Source of the DNA: Aquisalimonas sp.
Lineage (GTDB): Bacteria; Pseudomonadota; Gammaproteobacteria; Nitrococcales; Aquisalimonadaceae
DNA length: 64,000 bases
Assembly: GCF_007120195.1 (NCBI RefSeq)
Contig: NZ_SKOG01000013.1
Span: 767 to 64,766, forward strand
Direction of reading: 5' to 3'
Position 1 is the stretch's first letter; each line of letters opens with the position of its first letter. A program made the translations under genes and the position numbers. Positions 23,606-36,094 of the stretch are shown in pieces. The notes under the pieces were generated by a model. That model had not been told where the DNA came from, did no database searches, and was given only the letters and a program-made list of their open reading frames with translations.

Positions 23606-24337
23606 ATGGCCGACTCGCGGAAGGCATTGGCAGACGGTCTTCGGGAGGCGTTCCCGGAGCAACTCGTGGATTGTCACGAACGGCTTGGCGAAGTTACCGC
23701 CGTGTTTCGTCCGGGCGGTCTTGCGACGCTCATGCGCTCGCTGCGTGACGATTTTCGGTTCGAGCAACTCAGTGACGTCTGCGGTGTGGACTATGCTGCG
23801 TGGGGCCAGGACGAGTGGATTACGGAACAGGCCTCCGGCTCTGGCTTCTCCCGTGGTGTGCGGGGTAACAGCTTCGCCCGCCTGGGACTGACCGGCGTGT
23901 ATGGCGTCGAGCCGGTAACCACCAATACGGGCGAGCGGTTTGCGGTGGCGTACCACCTGCTCTCCATCAGTCGCAATCAGCGGCTGCGCGTGCGGGTGTA
24001 TTGCGAGAACGACGATTTCCCCATGGTGGATTCGGTCGTCAGTGTCTGGGCCAGTGCCAACTGGTATGAGCGCGAGGCATTCGACCTGTACGGCATCGTG
24101 TTCGACGGCCACCCCGACCTGCGGCGCATCCTCACGGATTACGGGTTCGTCGGGCACCCGTTCCGCAAGGACTTCCCGCTCATCGGTAACGTCGAAGTGC
24201 GCTATAACGAAGAGAAGGGGCGGGTGGTGTATCAGCCGGTCACCATTGAGCCGCGTGTACTGGTGCCGCGCGTCATTCGCGAGGACAACCGCTACGCCGA
24301 GCGCGGCTCTTCGCAGGAGGACGCCACGCATGGCTGA
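23606..24337 (+). CDS. nuoC: NADH-quinone oxidoreductase subunit C
   Basis: 243 aa, ...[41 protein letters not shown]. It is separate from nuoD, not a fused nuoCD. Confidence 0.94.
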   Translation: MADSRKALADGLREAFPEQLVDCHERLGEVTAVFRPGGLATLMRSLRDDFRFEQLSDVCGVDYAAWGQDEWITEQASGSGFSRGVRGNSFARLGLTGVYGVEPVTTNTGERFAVAYHLLSISRNQRLRVRVYCENDDFPMVDSVVSVWASANWYEREAFDLYGIVFDGHPDLRRILTDYGFVGHPFRKDFPLIGNVEVRYNEEKGRVVYQPVTIEPRVLVPRVIREDNRYAERGSSQEDATHG

Positions 24338-25583
24338 TATCCAGTCCTACACCATTAACTTCGGTCCCCAGCACCCGGCCGCCCATGGGGTGCTGCGCAT
24401 GGTCCTGGAGATGGAAGGCGAGGTGATCCGCCGCGCCGACCCGCATATTGGTCTGCTGCACCGTGCCACGGAAAAGCTTGCCGAGAGCAAGCCGTATAAC
24501 CAGAGCATCGGTTATATGGATCGGCTCGATTACGTCTCCATGATGGCGAACGAACACGGCTATGTACTGGCCATCGAGAGGCTGCTCGATATCACGCCGC
24601 CGCGGCGGGCGCAATACATCCGCGTTATGTTCGACGAGCTCACCCGCATCCTGAATCACCTCATGTGGCTCGGGACCCACGGGCTCGACGTCGGCGCCAT
24701 GACCATCTTCCTGTATTGCTTCCGCGAGCGCGAGTACCTGATGGACTGCTACGAAGCGGTCTCGGGGACGCGCATGCACGCGACGTACTACCGCCCCGGC
24801 GGGGTCTATCGCGACCTGCCCCATACCATGCCCAAGTACGAGCCCTCGCGCTTTCGTAGCGAGAAGGATCTGAAGTGGCTGAATCGGGACCGACAGGGTT
24901 CGCTACTCGACTTCATCGAGCAGTTCTGCGAGCGTTTCCCGGCCGCCGTCGATGAATACGAGACCCTCCTGACCGATAACCGTATCTGGAAACAGCGCTT
25001 GGTGGGCATCGGCGAGGTGTCCGCCGAGCGGGCCCTGCAGCTTGGTTTTACCGGCCCCATGCTGCGCGGCTCCGGCGTCGAGTGGGATCTGCGCAAGACG
25101 CACCCGTATGAGGTCTACGAGGAGCTGGATTTTGACGTGCCCATCGGCACCAACGGCGACTGTTACGACCGTTACCTGGTGCGGGTGGAGGAGATGCGCC
25201 AATCAGCGCGCATCGTCAAGCAGTGCGTGGACTGGCTGCGCCGAAATCCCGGCCCCGTCATGATCGATGATCACAAGATCGTGCCGCCGACCCGGGAGGA
25301 AATGAAAGACGACATGGAGTCGCTGATCCACCACTTCAAGCTTTTCACGGAAGGCTACTGTGTGCCCGCCGGCGAGGTCTACGCCGCCGTCGAGGCGCCC
25401 AAGGGCGAGTTTGGCGTGTACATGATCTCTGACGGTGCCAATAAGCCCTACCGCGTGAAAGTACGCCCGCCCGGGTTTACGCATCTGGCGGCGATGGATG
25501 AAATGGCCAGGGGTCACATGCTCGCCGACGTGGTGACCCTGATCGGGACCCAGGACATCGTTTTCGGGGAGATCGACCGTTGA
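24330..25583 (+). CDS. nuoD: NADH-quinone oxidoreductase subunit D
   Basis: 417 aa from [31 protein letters not shown]. It overlaps nuoC by 8 nt. The upstream 130 codons of the ORF track entry are read-through in the nuoC region. Confidence 0.95.
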   Translation: MADIQSYTINFGPQHPAAHGVLRMVLEMEGEVIRRADPHIGLLHRATEKLAESKPYNQSIGYMDRLDYVSMMANEHGYVLAIERLLDITPPRRAQYIRVMFDELTRILNHLMWLGTHGLDVGAMTIFLYCFREREYLMDCYEAVSGTRMHATYYRPGGVYRDLPHTMPKYEPSRFRSEKDLKWLNRDRQGSLLDFIEQFCERFPAAVDEYETLLTDNRIWKQRLVGIGEVSAERALQLGFTGPMLRGSGVEWDLRKTHPYEVYEELDFDVPIGTNGDCYDRYLVRVEEMRQSARIVKQCVDWLRRNPGPVMIDDHKIVPPTREEMKDDMESLIHHFKLFTEGYCVPAGEVYAAVEAPKGEFGVYMISDGANKPYRVKVRPPGFTHLAAMDEMARGHMLADVVTLIGTQDIVFGEIDR

Positions 25584-26083
25584 GCGAGCAACGCCTGAGT
25601 GAACGCGTACTCACACCCGAGCAGCGCAAACACATCGACCATTGGTTGGCGAAGTTCCCGCCAGAGGGCAAACGCTCGGCGGTGATTCCGGCACTGCACG
25701 TCGCGCAGGATGGTAACGGCGGCTACCTGACCGCAGAGTTGATGGACGCGGTGGCCGATTACATTGGTGTATCGCCGGTGGCGGTCTACGAGGTCGCAAC
25801 GTTCTACAGCATGTTCGACACACAGCCCGTGGGCCGGCACAAGGTCAATGTCTGCACCAATATTGCCTGCATGCTGATGGGGTCAGACGATATCGTGGCC
25901 CATTGCGAGCAGCGCTTGGGGATCAAGCTGGGCGAGACGACGCCGGACAATCGCATCACCCTGAAGGTGGAAGAGGAATGCCTGGCGGCCTGCAGTTCCG
26001 GCCCGATGATGGTGGTGGATGGTCATTACCACACCCACCTGACGCCAGAGAAGGTCGATGAAATCCTCGATAATCTGGAGTGA
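25580..26083 (+). CDS. nuoE: NADH-quinone oxidoreductase subunit E
   Basis: 167 aa with a thioredoxin-like 2Fe-2S fold pattern (VCTNIAC...CLAAC). The TTG start overlaps the nuoD stop. Confidence 0.92.
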   Translation: MSEQRLSERVLTPEQRKHIDHWLAKFPPEGKRSAVIPALHVAQDGNGGYLTAELMDAVADYIGVSPVAVYEVATFYSMFDTQPVGRHKVNVCTNIACMLMGSDDIVAHCEQRLGIKLGETTPDNRITLKVEEECLAACSSGPMMVVDGHYHTHLTPEKVDEILDNLE

Positions 26084-26086
26084 CCC

Positions 26087-27379
26087 ATGGTCAACGAGGT
26101 CTGCTATCAGACGCTGTCCTACGACGAGCCCTGGAGCCTTGAAACGTACCGCAAGATCGGCGGCTACGAGGCGTGGCAGAAGATTCTGAGCGAGAAGACA
26201 CCCCACGCAGAGATCATTGAGACGATGAAGAAGGCGTCGCTTCGTGGCCGGGGCGGCGCGGGATTCCCGGCCGGTGTGAAGTGGAGCTTCATGCCCAGAA
26301 CGGCGCCGGTGCAGAAATACCTGCTGTGCAATTCCGACGAGTCCGAGCCGGGCACCTGCAAGGACCGCGATATCCTGCGTTTCAATCCACACGCACTGAT
26401 TGAGGGTATGGCCATTGCCGCCTATTCCATGGGCGCCACCGTTGGCTACAACTACCTGCGCGGTGAGTTCCATCACGAGCCTTTCGAGCGCGTCGAGCAC
26501 GCCCTTGAGGAGGCGTACAGCGCCGGTCTGCTCGGCAAGGACATCCAGGGCTCGGGGGTGGATTTCGACCTCTACAACTACTACGGCGCCGGCGCCTACA
26601 TCTGCGGCGAGGAGAGCGCGCTCATGGAGTCGCTGGAAGGCAAGAAGGGCCAGCCGCGCTACAAGCCGCCGTTCCCCGCGCAGTTCGGCATCTATGGCAA
26701 GCCCACGACGATCAACAATACGGAGACCCTGGCCTCCGTGCCCGCGATCATGCGCAACGGCCCCGAGTGGTTTTTGGAAATGGGCAAGCCGAACAACGGC
26801 GGCGCGAAGATTTTCTGTGTCTCCGGGCACGTGGAAAAGCCGGGCAACTTCGAGATTCCCCTGGGCACGCCGTTTCGGGATCTCCTGGACATGGCCGGCG
26901 GCGTCCGCAAAGGCCGCAAGCTCAAGGCCGTGATTCCCGGCGGCTCCTCCATGCCGGTGGTGCCGGGGGAGACCATGATGGAACTCGACATGGATTACGA
27001 CAGCCTCGCCCAGGCGGGTTCGGCCCTGGGTTCCGGGGGGGTCATGGTCATGGACGAGACCACAGACATGGTCAAGGCCATCTGCCGAATCTCCAGGTTC
27101 TACTATGCTGAATCGTGTGGCCAGTGCACGCCGTGCCGTGAAGGCACGGGTTGGATGTACCGGGTGTTGCGCCGGATCGTCAACGGCCAGGGGCGGTGGG
27201 AGGATCTGGAGCTTCTGGACGCCGCTGCCGGTCAGATTGCCGGCCACACCATCTGTGCCTTCGGCGAGGCCGCGGCCTGGCCGGTGCAGAGCTTTCTCAA
27301 GCACTTCCGGCACGAGTTCGAATACTACGTCGAACACAAGCGGTCCATCGTCGACGACTCCGCAGGGGCTGCCGCATGA
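26087..27379 (+). CDS. nuoF: NADH-quinone oxidoreductase subunit F
   Basis: 430 aa. FMN/NADH site [14 protein letters not shown] and the 4Fe-4S motif [12 protein letters not shown]. Confidence 0.96.
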   Translation: MVNEVCYQTLSYDEPWSLETYRKIGGYEAWQKILSEKTPHAEIIETMKKASLRGRGGAGFPAGVKWSFMPRTAPVQKYLLCNSDESEPGTCKDRDILRFNPHALIEGMAIAAYSMGATVGYNYLRGEFHHEPFERVEHALEEAYSAGLLGKDIQGSGVDFDLYNYYGAGAYICGEESALMESLEGKKGQPRYKPPFPAQFGIYGKPTTINNTETLASVPAIMRNGPEWFLEMGKPNNGGAKIFCVSGHVEKPGNFEIPLGTPFRDLLDMAGGVRKGRKLKAVIPGGSSMPVVPGETMMELDMDYDSLAQAGSALGSGGVMVMDETTDMVKAICRISRFYYAESCGQCTPCREGTGWMYRVLRRIVNGQGRWEDLELLDAAAGQIAGHTICAFGEAAAWPVQSFLKHFRHEFEYYVEHKRSIVDDSAGAAA

Positions 27380-29781
27380 CAGACAAGGCTGAAGCCAAGA
27401 ACCCGGACACGGTCACCATCGAAGTCGACGGTGTCGAGATGGAGGCCCGCAAGGGCTCCATGCTCATCGAGGCAACGGATGACGCGGACATCCATGTGCC
27501 GCGCTTTTGTTATCACCGCAAGCTCTCGATAGCGGCCAATTGCCGCATGTGCCTGGTCGATGTGGAGAAGGCCCCCAAGCCGTTGCCGGCCTGCGCCACG
27601 CCGGTTGCCGACGGCATGAAGGTGCACACCCGCTCCGAGCGGGCGCTAAAGGCGCAGAAGGGCGTGATGGAATTCCTGCTCATCAACCACCCGCTGGATT
27701 GCCCGATCTGCGATCAGGGCGGTGAGTGCGAGCTGCAGGACCTGGCACTGGGTTACGGCCGGGGCGTTTCCCGTTTCTCCGAGCGTAAACGGGCGGTCAA
27801 GGACGAAAACCTCGGTCCGCTGATCGCCACGGAGATGACCCGCTGCATCCACTGCACGCGTTGCGTGCGATTTCTGGACGAGGTGGCTGGTTTCCGCGAG
27901 CTCGGCGGCATGGGGCGCGGTGAACATACGGAGATTTCCACGTACGTGGGGGCCGGCGTGCACTCGGAGATGTCCGGCAACATTATCGATCTCTGCCCGG
28001 TCGGCGCCCTGACGTCCAAACCCTATCGGTTTAGCGCCCGTGCGTGGGAGTTGCTGAGCCACCCCTCGATTTCACCGCATGACTGCGTGGGCTCCAACCT
28101 CCTGATCCACCACGTCCGGGGCCAGATCAAACGCGTCGTGCCGCAGGAAAATGAGGCCATCAACGAGTGCTGGCTCCCTGACCGTGATCGATTTGGTTAC
28201 GAAGGCGTCTACAGCACCGAGCGTTTGCAATCGCCCCTGGTCCGGGATCGCAACGGCCACTGGCAGGTTGTGGACTGGGAGGTCGCCCTGGAGGCGGCGG
28301 CGGAACATTTGCAAGGGCTGGTGAGGCGTGAGGGCGCAGACGCCCTGGGCACGCTCATCTCACCCAACGCCACGCTGGAAGAAATGTACCTCGCGGGGCA
28401 GCTGACCCGTGCATTGGGGTCATCCAACATCGATGCCCGGCTGCGGGAAGTCGATTTCAGCGACCAGGATCGGCGATCGGTCTTCCCGGCGCTGGGTATC
28501 GAGCTGGAGGCTCTGGAAAATGTGGAGGCGGCATTGCTGGTCGGTGCCGAGCCGCGCTGGGACGCGCCCATCGTCAATCACCGGCTGCGCAAGGCCGCCA
28601 AGCGGGGCGGTGCCGTCATGGCGCTGCACTACCGGGCGCAGCAACTGAATTACGGCCTGGCCGAGGAGCGCGTCGCGGGCCCTGCAGCCATGGTGCAGGA
28701 GTTGGCGGCCGTGGCCAGAGCGCTGCTGGATCTCTCGGGGGATGAGGCCCCGGAGGGTTTCGATAACCTCCTCAACGGCCAGGGCGTCGAGGACGTCCAC
28801 CGTTCCATGGCAAAGCGCCTGCGGGAATCGGCTCGCGCCGCGGTGGTGCTGGGCCCGGGCGCCCAGGCGCACCCGCGGGCGGCGGCGCTGCGCATGCTCG
28901 GCAGCCTGATTGCCAGCTTGGCCCAGGCGCGCTTTGGCGTGTTGACGGACGGGGCGAACCAGGCGGGCGCCTGGCTGGCCGGGGCCGTCCCGCATCGCCG
29001 CCTGGGTGGCGTCGCGGAACAGACGCCGGGACTCGACGCGGCGGCTATGCTGAAAGAACCCCGGCGCGGCTATCTTTTGCTTGGCGTCGAGCCGGAGTTC
29101 GATTGCTGGGACGGGGCCGCCGCCCTCGCCGCCATGAACAAGGCGCAGAGCGTGGTCTGCCTGACGCCGTTTGTCACAGAGACCATGCGGGCGTATGCCG
29201 ACGTGCTGCTGCCCGTGGGCACCTTCGGCGAGACGGCGGGCACGTACGTGAATGCCGAAGGCCGTTGGCAGAGCTTCCCGGGGGTGGCGCAGCCTGTTGC
29301 CGAGGCGCGACCGGCATGGAAGGTTCTACGTGTCCTGGGTAACGTGCTGGAGCTCGACGGCTTCGACTATGATGCACCCGATGCGATCGCCGACGCCGTG
29401 GAGCGCGGCTGCAGTGATAAGAGTGCCTCGACGGCTGTGGAGTGGCAGGCCCCCGGCCAGGCCGGGCGCGAGAGCGAGGGCCTTGCCCGCATCGGTCTGG
29501 TGCCCATATACGGCGGCGATCCCTTGGTGCGCCGGGCGGAGTCGCTGCAGCAGACCTGGCAGGGTCGCGACCAGAAGGTGCGGCTCGGCCCCGGGGTGGC
29601 GGGGTCGCTCGGCGTCGAGGGTGACGGGCGCGTCCGCGTGCGCCAGGGCGAGAAGACTGTCGAGATGGTGGTCGCGATCGATGCGGCCATCGCCGACGGC
29701 GCCGTGTGGATTCCCTCGGGGGTGTCGGAGACTGCCGGACTCGGGCCCATGTTTGGCCCCGTGAGCGTCGAGCCGCTCTGA
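27376..29781 (+). CDS. nuoG: NADH-quinone oxidoreductase subunit G
   Basis: 801 aa from [24 protein letters not shown]. It has Fe-S motifs ([41 protein letters not shown]). An ATGA overlap joins it to nuoF. Confidence 0.95.
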   Translation: MTDKAEAKNPDTVTIEVDGVEMEARKGSMLIEATDDADIHVPRFCYHRKLSIAANCRMCLVDVEKAPKPLPACATPVADGMKVHTRSERALKAQKGVMEFLLINHPLDCPICDQGGECELQDLALGYGRGVSRFSERKRAVKDENLGPLIATEMTRCIHCTRCVRFLDEVAGFRELGGMGRGEHTEISTYVGAGVHSEMSGNIIDLCPVGALTSKPYRFSARAWELLSHPSISPHDCVGSNLLIHHVRGQIKRVVPQENEAINECWLPDRDRFGYEGVYSTERLQSPLVRDRNGHWQVVDWEVALEAAAEHLQGLVRREGADALGTLISPNATLEEMYLAGQLTRALGSSNIDARLREVDFSDQDRRSVFPALGIELEALENVEAALLVGAEPRWDAPIVNHRLRKAAKRGGAVMALHYRAQQLNYGLAEERVAGPAAMVQELAAVARALLDLSGDEAPEGFDNLLNGQGVEDVHRSMAKRLRESARAAVVLGPGAQAHPRAAALRMLGSLIASLAQARFGVLTDGANQAGAWLAGAVPHRRLGGVAEQTPGLDAAAMLKEPRRGYLLLGVEPEFDCWDGAAALAAMNKAQSVVCLTPFVTETMRAYADVLLPVGTFGETAGTYVNAEGRWQSFPGVAQPVAEARPAWKVLRVLGNVLELDGFDYDAPDAIADAVERGCSDKSASTAVEWQAPGQAGRESEGLARIGLVPIYGGDPLVRRAESLQQTWQGRDQKVRLGPGVAGSLGVEGDGRVRVRQGEKTVEMVVAIDAAIADGAVWIPSGVSETAGLGPMFGPVSVEPL

Positions 29782-29908
29782 GCGCTGTGGCAAGAAGTCG
29801 AACAATGAACGCGAATTAACCGCTCTGCGGCGACGGCCGAGCGCGGAGCGATTCCGGATTCACTTGGCGCCAGTGTCGCGTCGGGGTGTGAGGGGGACCA
29901 AATAGCCC

Positions 29909-30931
29909 ATGGCGGTATTGAGCGAAGTCATCTGGACCCTTTTCAAGATCAGCCTGATCGTCGGTCCATTGATCCTGGCGGTGGCCTATCTCACTTACGC
30001 CGAACGCAAGGTGATTGGCGCCATTCAGCTGCGTAATGGACCGAACCGGGTTGGACCCTATGGTCTCCTGCAGCCATTTGCAGATGTGTTCAAGCTGCTG
30101 TTCAAGGAAGTCATCCTTCCGACCAACGCCAACCGGTTCCTGTTCCTGGTGGCACCATTGCTGTCGATTATGCCGGCGCTGGCCGCCTGGGCCGTGATCC
30201 CGTTTGGCGAAGGCATGGTCCTCGCCGATATCAACGCAGGCCTGCTGTACATTCTCGCCATGACCTCCATGGGTGTGTATGGCGTCATCATTGCCGGCTG
30301 GGCATCGAACTCCAAGTACGCCATGCTCGGCGCCATGCGCGCGGCCGCGCAGATCGTCTCCTATGAGATCGCCATGGGTTTCGCCCTGGTCGGGGCGCTC
30401 ATGGCCGCCGGTACGCTGAATATGACCGGTATCGTCCAGGCGCAAAGCGGCCCGTTCTGGCACTGGTTCTGGCTGCCGCTGCTGCCTTTGTTCATCACAT
30501 ACTGGATTTCCGGTGTTGCCGAGACCAACCGCGCGCCGTTCGACGTCGCCGAAGGCGAATCCGAGATCGTGGCTGGGTTCCACGTGGAATATTCGGGCGT
30601 CGCCTTCGCTGTGTTCTTCCTGGCGGAGTACGCCAACATGATCCTGATTTCCGGCCTGGCCGTGATCTTGTTCATGGGGGGCTGGTACTCGCCGTTTGAG
30701 GGCATTCCCCTGTTGGGTCCGATGTTCGACTGGGTGCCGGGTCTGGTCTGGTTCGTTCTGAAAGTGGGGATATTCCTCTACCTGTATCTGGCATTCCGGG
30801 CGACCTTCCCGCGTTACCGCTATGACCAGATCATGAAGCTCGGCTGGAAGGTGCTCATCCCGGTCACGGTGGTCTGGCTGTTCGTGCTGGCCGCGATGAT
30901 TCTCACCGGCTTCGGGCCCTGGTTCGACTGA
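29909..30931 (+). CDS. nuoH: NADH-quinone oxidoreductase subunit H
   Basis: 340 aa, multi-TM, YAERKV.GA.QLR.GPN.VGP.GLLQP and TNRAPFD..EGESE. Confidence 0.95.
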   Translation: MAVLSEVIWTLFKISLIVGPLILAVAYLTYAERKVIGAIQLRNGPNRVGPYGLLQPFADVFKLLFKEVILPTNANRFLFLVAPLLSIMPALAAWAVIPFGEGMVLADINAGLLYILAMTSMGVYGVIIAGWASNSKYAMLGAMRAAAQIVSYEIAMGFALVGALMAAGTLNMTGIVQAQSGPFWHWFWLPLLPLFITYWISGVAETNRAPFDVAEGESEIVAGFHVEYSGVAFAVFFLAEYANMILISGLAVILFMGGWYSPFEGIPLLGPMFDWVPGLVWFVLKVGIFLYLYLAFRATFPRYRYDQIMKLGWKVLIPVTVVWLFVLAAMILTGFGPWFD

Positions 30932-30943
30932 TTGGATGGTGCC

Positions 30944-31432
30944 ATGACGACAGCACGCGATTTTTTCCGCACATTCTTTCTCTGGGAGTTGCTCCTGGGG
31001 CTGAAGCTCACCGGGCGCAACCTGTTTGCGCGCAAGTTAACGGTGCAATACCCAGAGGAGCGCGCGCCGCAATCGCCGCGATTCCGCGGTCTGCACGCCC
31101 TGCGGCGCTACCCCAACGGCGAAGAGCGTTGCATCGCCTGCAAGCTGTGCGAGGCGGTGTGCCCGGCGCTCGCCATTACCATTGATTCGGAGCAGCGTGA
31201 GGACGGCACGCGGCGCACGACGCGCTACGACATCGACCTATTCAAGTGCATTTACTGCGGCTTCTGCGAAGAGTCCTGCCCGGTGGACTCCATCGTCGAG
31301 ACGCGCATTTACGAGTACCACATGGAAGAGCGTGGCGAGAACATCATCACCAAGGACCAGCTCCTGGCGATTGGTGACAAGTACGAAGAGCAGCTTGCCC
31401 GCGACCGGGCCCTGGATGCGCCGTTCCGGTGA
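30944..31432 (+). CDS. nuoI: NADH-quinone oxidoreductase subunit I
   Basis: Two 4Fe-4S ferredoxin motifs ([12 protein letters not shown] and [12 protein letters not shown]). An ATG at 30944 gives 162 aa. A TTG at 30932 is an alternative start. Confidence 0.94.
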   Translation: MTTARDFFRTFFLWELLLGLKLTGRNLFARKLTVQYPEERAPQSPRFRGLHALRRYPNGEERCIACKLCEAVCPALAITIDSEQREDGTRRTTRYDIDLFKCIYCGFCEESCPVDSIVETRIYEYHMEERGENIITKDQLLAIGDKYEEQLARDRALDAPFR

Positions 31433-31487
31433 CTGGATCGGCACGGGCTGGCACGGACGGAATTACGAGTCCTGGGAGCGATAACGC

Positions 31488-32129
31488 GTGATCGAGAAGC
31501 TACTGTTTTACGTCTTTGCCGCGATCCTGATCTTCGCGGCCACCATGGTGATTACCGCGCGCAACCCGGTGCATGCGGCGCTGTTTCTCGTGCTCGCGTT
31601 CTTCAACAGCGCGGTGCTATGGGTGATTGCGGGCGCCGAGTTTCTGGGCATCGTCCTCGTTCTGGTCTATGTCGGCGCCGTGATGGTGCTGTTCCTGTTC
31701 GTCGTCATGATGCTGGATATCAATCTGGCGAAGCTGCGTGAAGGGTTTATCCGACACCTGTATATCGGCCTGCCCATTGCCGCGGTGATTGTCGTGCAGA
31801 TGATCCTGGTGGTATCGAGCGGAGCCATGGCTCCCGCCGAGATGCCGGAGGCGACCATGCCGATTCCGGACCCGGCCGAGACGGGCAACACCACCGTGAT
31901 CGGCGGCGTGCTGTATACGGTCTATGTCTATCCCTTCGAGCTGGCTGCCGTGATCCTGCTGGTGGCGATTATCGCATCCATCATGCTCACCTTGCGTCGC
32001 CGGGAAGGGGTCAAGCATCAGGACATCGGCGAGCAAGTCAACGTGCGCAAGGAAGATCGCCTGCGCATGGCGCGTTCCTTCGGGGGGTCCGGCGACGGGC
32101 GCAACGACAACAAATACCCGGGCAGGTGA
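31488..32129 (+). CDS. nuoJ: NADH-quinone oxidoreductase subunit J
   Basis: 213 aa, hydrophobic, between nuoI and nuoK. Typical N-terminus ...[30 protein letters not shown]. Confidence 0.92.
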   Translation: MIEKLLFYVFAAILIFAATMVITARNPVHAALFLVLAFFNSAVLWVIAGAEFLGIVLVLVYVGAVMVLFLFVVMMLDINLAKLREGFIRHLYIGLPIAAVIVVQMILVVSSGAMAPAEMPEATMPIPDPAETGNTTVIGGVLYTVYVYPFELAAVILLVAIIASIMLTLRRREGVKHQDIGEQVNVRKEDRLRMARSFGGSGDGRNDNKYPGR

Positions 32130-32133
32130 AGCC

Positions 32134-32439
32134 ATGATCGAATTGTCAGAGTTTCTGGTCCTGGGAGCCATTTTGTTTTCCCTGGGCATGGCGGGCATAT
32201 TTCTGAACCGGAAAAATGCCATCGTTCTGCTGATGTCCATCGAGCTGATCCTGCTGGCAGTCAATTTCAACTTCATCGCTTTTTCGACGTTTATGGGCGA
32301 TGTGGCGGGGCAGGTGTTCGTGTTCTTCATTCTCACGGTGGCCGCCGCGGAGTCCGCCATCGGGCTCGCCATCCTGGTGACCCTGTTCCGTAGCAGGGAT
32401 TCCATTGACGTGGCCGATCTGGACACCATGAGGGGCTGA
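32134..32439 (+). CDS. nuoK: NADH-quinone oxidoreductase subunit K
   Basis: 101 aa, 3 TM, ...[18 protein letters not shown]...G.VF..F.LTVAAAE.AIGLAIL. Confidence 0.94.
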   Translation: MIELSEFLVLGAILFSLGMAGIFLNRKNAIVLLMSIELILLAVNFNFIAFSTFMGDVAGQVFVFFILTVAAAESAIGLAILVTLFRSRDSIDVADLDTMRG

Positions 32440-32441
32440 TC

Positions 32442-34430
32442 ATGAAGATAATCTACCTCGTCATTGTCCTCGCCCCGCTGATTGGCGCCCTTGCCGCGGG
32501 ACTGTTCGGGAGCCAGCTCGGGCGGGTGAGAACCCATCGCCTGACCATCGGCCTGGTGGGGCTGTCGACGCTGCTGTCGTTGTATGTGCTGGCCGGATTT
32601 ATGTGGGGCGGGCGCGCGGTGTTCGACGACACCGTCTATACCTGGATGCTGACCGACCGACTCCATTTCGAGATCGGCTTCCTGGTGGACGAGCTCACGG
32701 CGATGATGATGGCGGTGGTGAGCTTCGTCTCGCTGATGGTGCACATCTACACTATTGGCTACATGGCCGACGAGGACCACAACTGGCCGTCGGACAGTCT
32801 GCTCGGCCCCAACGCCTATCAGCGGTTCTTCGCCTACATCAGCCTGTTCACCTTCTCCATGCTGATGCTGGTGATGGCGAACAACTTTCTGCAGCTGTTC
32901 TTCGCCTGGGAAGCGGTGGGTCTCGTCTCCTACCTGCTGATTGGCTTCTGGATGAACCGTCCCACGGCGGTGTTCGCGAGCCTGAAAGCGTTCCTGGTTA
33001 ACCGTGTCGGCGACTTCGGCTTTCTGCTGGGTATTGCGGCGGTGGTGCTGTACTTCGGCAGCCTCAATTACGCGGAAGTCTTTGACGCGGTCGCCGCCAA
33101 TCCCGATGAGACCATGAGCATTGTCGGTGGTGCCGAGTGGTCGGTGGTCACGGTGGTGGCGATCCTGCTGTTCATCGGCGCCATGGGCAAATCGGCGCAG
33201 GTGCCCTTGCATGTCTGGCTGCCGGATTCCATGGAGGGCCCGACTCCGATCTCGGCGCTGATCCACGCCGCCACCATGGTCACTGCCGGGATCTTCATGA
33301 TCGCGCGCATGTCGCCGCTGTTCGAATTCTCTGAAGTGGCCCTGACATTCGTTCTGGTGATCGGCGCCATCACCGCACTGTTTATCGGGCTGATCGCCCT
33401 GGTCCAGCAGGACATCAAGCGCGTCGTCGCCTACTCGACGATCTCGCAGCTGGGTTACATGACCGTGGCCCTGGGGGCCTCCGCTTACGCGGCGGGTGTC
33501 TACCACCTCATGACCCATGCCTTCTTCAAGGCATTGCTGTTCCTCGGTGCCGGTTCGGTCATCATCGCCTTGCACCACAAACAGGACATGCGCGAGATGG
33601 GCGGGTTGAGGAAGTACATGCCCATCACGTACGTGACCATGCTGCTCGGCACCCTGGCCCTGATTGGTTTCCCTGGCTTTTCTGGGTTTTTCTCCAAGGA
33701 CGCCATCATCGAGGCCGTTGCCCACTCCGACCGGGCGGGGGCGACCTTCGCCTACTGGTGCGTGCTGCTCGGCGTGTTCGTCACGGCGCTCTACAGCTTC
33801 CGTCTGCTCTTCCTGGTGTTCCACGGCCAGGAGCGCATGGATCAGCACACCCGCGAGCACGTGCACGAAAGCCCGGGCGTGGTGACTTGGCCGCTGATCC
33901 TCCTGGCCATACCGTCAGTGATCATCGGGCTGTTTACTGTTGGCCCCATGGTCTTCGGCGGCTGGTTCGGCGATAGCATCACCGTCCTACCGGAGAATGA
34001 CGTGCTGGCCGCAGTTGGCTTCGAGAGCGTGCTCGGCTTCATCGCCCACGCGTTCGTCACCCCCGCCATCTACCTGGCCGCAGCTGGCTTCGGGGTGGCC
34101 TGGTATCTATACATCCAACGCCCGGATCTGCCGTCGCGGCTGCACCAGCGTTTCCAGCTGCCGTATCGAATTCTGGAGCGCAAGTACGGTTTCGACGAGT
34201 TGTATCTGAACGTGTTCGCCGGCGCCGGGCGCGGGCTGGGCACACTGCTGTGGCGAGTCGGCGACGTTCGGTTGATCGATGGCCTGATGGTCAACGGGTC
34301 CGCCCGGACCATCGGCCGCTTTGCGGCAGCCCTACGGCACGCGCAGACCGGGTATCTCTATCATTATGCGTTCGTGATGATCATCGGTCTGCTGGTGTTG
34401 CTGACCTGGTTCGTCTTCGCCATCCGCTGA
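32442..34430 (+). CDS. nuoL: NADH-quinone oxidoreductase subunit L
   Basis: 662 aa, antiporter-like subunit (WEAVGLVSYLLIGFW, GKSAQVPLHVWLPD.MEGPTP.SALIHAATMV). Confidence 0.95.
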   Translation: MKIIYLVIVLAPLIGALAAGLFGSQLGRVRTHRLTIGLVGLSTLLSLYVLAGFMWGGRAVFDDTVYTWMLTDRLHFEIGFLVDELTAMMMAVVSFVSLMVHIYTIGYMADEDHNWPSDSLLGPNAYQRFFAYISLFTFSMLMLVMANNFLQLFFAWEAVGLVSYLLIGFWMNRPTAVFASLKAFLVNRVGDFGFLLGIAAVVLYFGSLNYAEVFDAVAANPDETMSIVGGAEWSVVTVVAILLFIGAMGKSAQVPLHVWLPDSMEGPTPISALIHAATMVTAGIFMIARMSPLFEFSEVALTFVLVIGAITALFIGLIALVQQDIKRVVAYSTISQLGYMTVALGASAYAAGVYHLMTHAFFKALLFLGAGSVIIALHHKQDMREMGGLRKYMPITYVTMLLGTLALIGFPGFSGFFSKDAIIEAVAHSDRAGATFAYWCVLLGVFVTALYSFRLLFLVFHGQERMDQHTREHVHESPGVVTWPLILLAIPSVIIGLFTVGPMVFGGWFGDSITVLPENDVLAAVGFESVLGFIAHAFVTPAIYLAAAGFGVAWYLYIQRPDLPSRLHQRFQLPYRILERKYGFDELYLNVFAGAGRGLGTLLWRVGDVRLIDGLMVNGSARTIGRFAAALRHAQTGYLYHYAFVMIIGLLVLLTWFVFAIR

Positions 34431-34516
34431 GGCGACGTGCTGACAGGCTCTGGACCACGGTGGCCGCCGGCAACGCCGGCGCCCAAACCCGAACGAACTG
34501 GTAAGGGACGTAACGG

Positions 34517-36028
34517 ATGTTGGAATCCTCCTGGCCTTTGTTGAGCGTGCTCATCTGGCTGCCCATTCTCGGGGGCGCACTGATCTTCCTGCTCGGTGAC
34601 GATAAAGCGGCGTACGCGCGCTTGATCGCACTGCTGGTGAGCGGTCTGACTTTCGTGCTCAGCCTGGGGCTGATTATCGGCTTCGAGCCCGGTACAGCCG
34701 CGATGCAATTCGTGGAGAAGCGGCCCTGGGTCGAGATACTGGGGGTGAACTACTATCTCGGCGTGGACGGTATTTCCATGCCGCTGGTCGTGCTCAGCAC
34801 CTTTTCCACCCTGCTCGTGGTGGTGGCGGCGGGTACGCAGATCCAGTACCGTCCGGCGCTGTACCTGGCCTGCTTTCTGCTCATGGAAGGCATCATGGTC
34901 GGGGTGTTCAGCGCCCTGGACGCGATCCTGTTCTACGTCTTCTGGGAAGCCATCCTGGTGCCCATGTTCCTGCTCATCGGCATTTGGGGCGGGGCGGAAC
35001 GGATTTACGCCACCATCAAGTTCTTCCTCTACACATTCGTCGGCTCCGTGTTGATGCTTGTCGCCTTGATCTATCTGCAGTTCCAGGCCCAGAGCTTCGA
35101 CATCCTCGAGATGTACGGCCTGGGGCTCCCCTTGGCGACGCAGATCTGGCTGTTCGTCGCCTTCCTGCTGGCATTCGCGATCAAGGTCCCCATGTGGCCG
35201 GTACACACCTGGTTGCCGGATGCGCACGTGCAGGCGCCCACGGGTGGTTCGGTGATCCTGGCGGCGATCTTGCTGAAAATCGGTGGCTACGGGTTCGTGC
35301 GCTTTGCGCTGCCCATCGTCCCTGAAGCGAGCATGGAACTCGATTGGCTCATGATCACCCTGTCGCTGATCGCGGTGGTCTATATCGGCTTCGTCGCCAT
35401 GATGCAGCAGGACATGAAGAAGCTGATCGCCTATTCGTCCATTGCTCACATGGGCTTCGTCACCCTCGGTTTTTTCATCATTTTCGAGATCGTCGTGCGC
35501 ACCGGCGGCGATGGCGCACTGCTGGCGCTCGGCGGAGGCATGGTGCAGATGATCTCCCACGGTTTCATTTCAGCCGCCATGTTCCTGTGTGTTGGCGTGC
35601 TTTATGACCGCATGCACACGCGCATGATAGGCGACTACGGCGGTGTCGCGCACCGCATGCCGGTGTTCGCGGGATTGTTTGTGCTCTTCGCCATGGCCAA
35701 TGCCGGGCTGCCCGGGACGTCCGGGTTCGTGGGCGAGTTCATGGTCATTCTGGCGGCGTTCCAGGCCAACTTCTGGTACGCCTTTCTCGCCGGGCTGACG
35801 CTGATCCTGGGGGCGGCCTATACGTTGTGGATGGTCAAACGTGTTGCTTACGGCGAAGTGGCCAACGACAAGGTCGCGGCGCTGGAGGACGTGGACACCC
35901 GCGAGAAAATCGTGCTCGGGGCGCTCGCAGTCGCCGTGCTGTGGCTCGGTCTGTGGCCGGCGCCGCTGATCAACATCATGGAACCGTCCCTGGCTCACCT
36001 GCTCGAGGTGGTCGCGGACGGGCTTTAA
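34517..36028 (+). CDS. nuoM: NADH-quinone oxidoreductase subunit M
   Basis: 503 aa, antiporter-like subunit (FYVFWEA.L.PMF.LIG.WG, VHTWLPDAH..APT.GSV.LA). Confidence 0.95.
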   Translation: MLESSWPLLSVLIWLPILGGALIFLLGDDKAAYARLIALLVSGLTFVLSLGLIIGFEPGTAAMQFVEKRPWVEILGVNYYLGVDGISMPLVVLSTFSTLLVVVAAGTQIQYRPALYLACFLLMEGIMVGVFSALDAILFYVFWEAILVPMFLLIGIWGGAERIYATIKFFLYTFVGSVLMLVALIYLQFQAQSFDILEMYGLGLPLATQIWLFVAFLLAFAIKVPMWPVHTWLPDAHVQAPTGGSVILAAILLKIGGYGFVRFALPIVPEASMELDWLMITLSLIAVVYIGFVAMMQQDMKKLIAYSSIAHMGFVTLGFFIIFEIVVRTGGDGALLALGGGMVQMISHGFISAAMFLCVGVLYDRMHTRMIGDYGGVAHRMPVFAGLFVLFAMANAGLPGTSGFVGEFMVILAAFQANFWYAFLAGLTLILGAAYTLWMVKRVAYGEVANDKVAALEDVDTREKIVLGALAVAVLWLGLWPAPLINIMEPSLAHLLEVVADGL

Positions 36029-36094
36029 ACCAGTAATGGATACGCGTGGGGGTCGGCAACGGCCGCCGCCGGGCTTTGAGCTCAGAGGAAAGCT

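Noticed and set aside
23780-23935. Apparent insertion of about 45 aa in NuoC (..[27 protein letters not shown]...TNTGERF..)
   Set aside because: As far as I recall, NuoC proteins of Xanthomonas-like gammaproteobacteria carry a homologous insertion (..DEWDT...SQGFSRGVEGK..). It is therefore a lineage feature, not a novelty.
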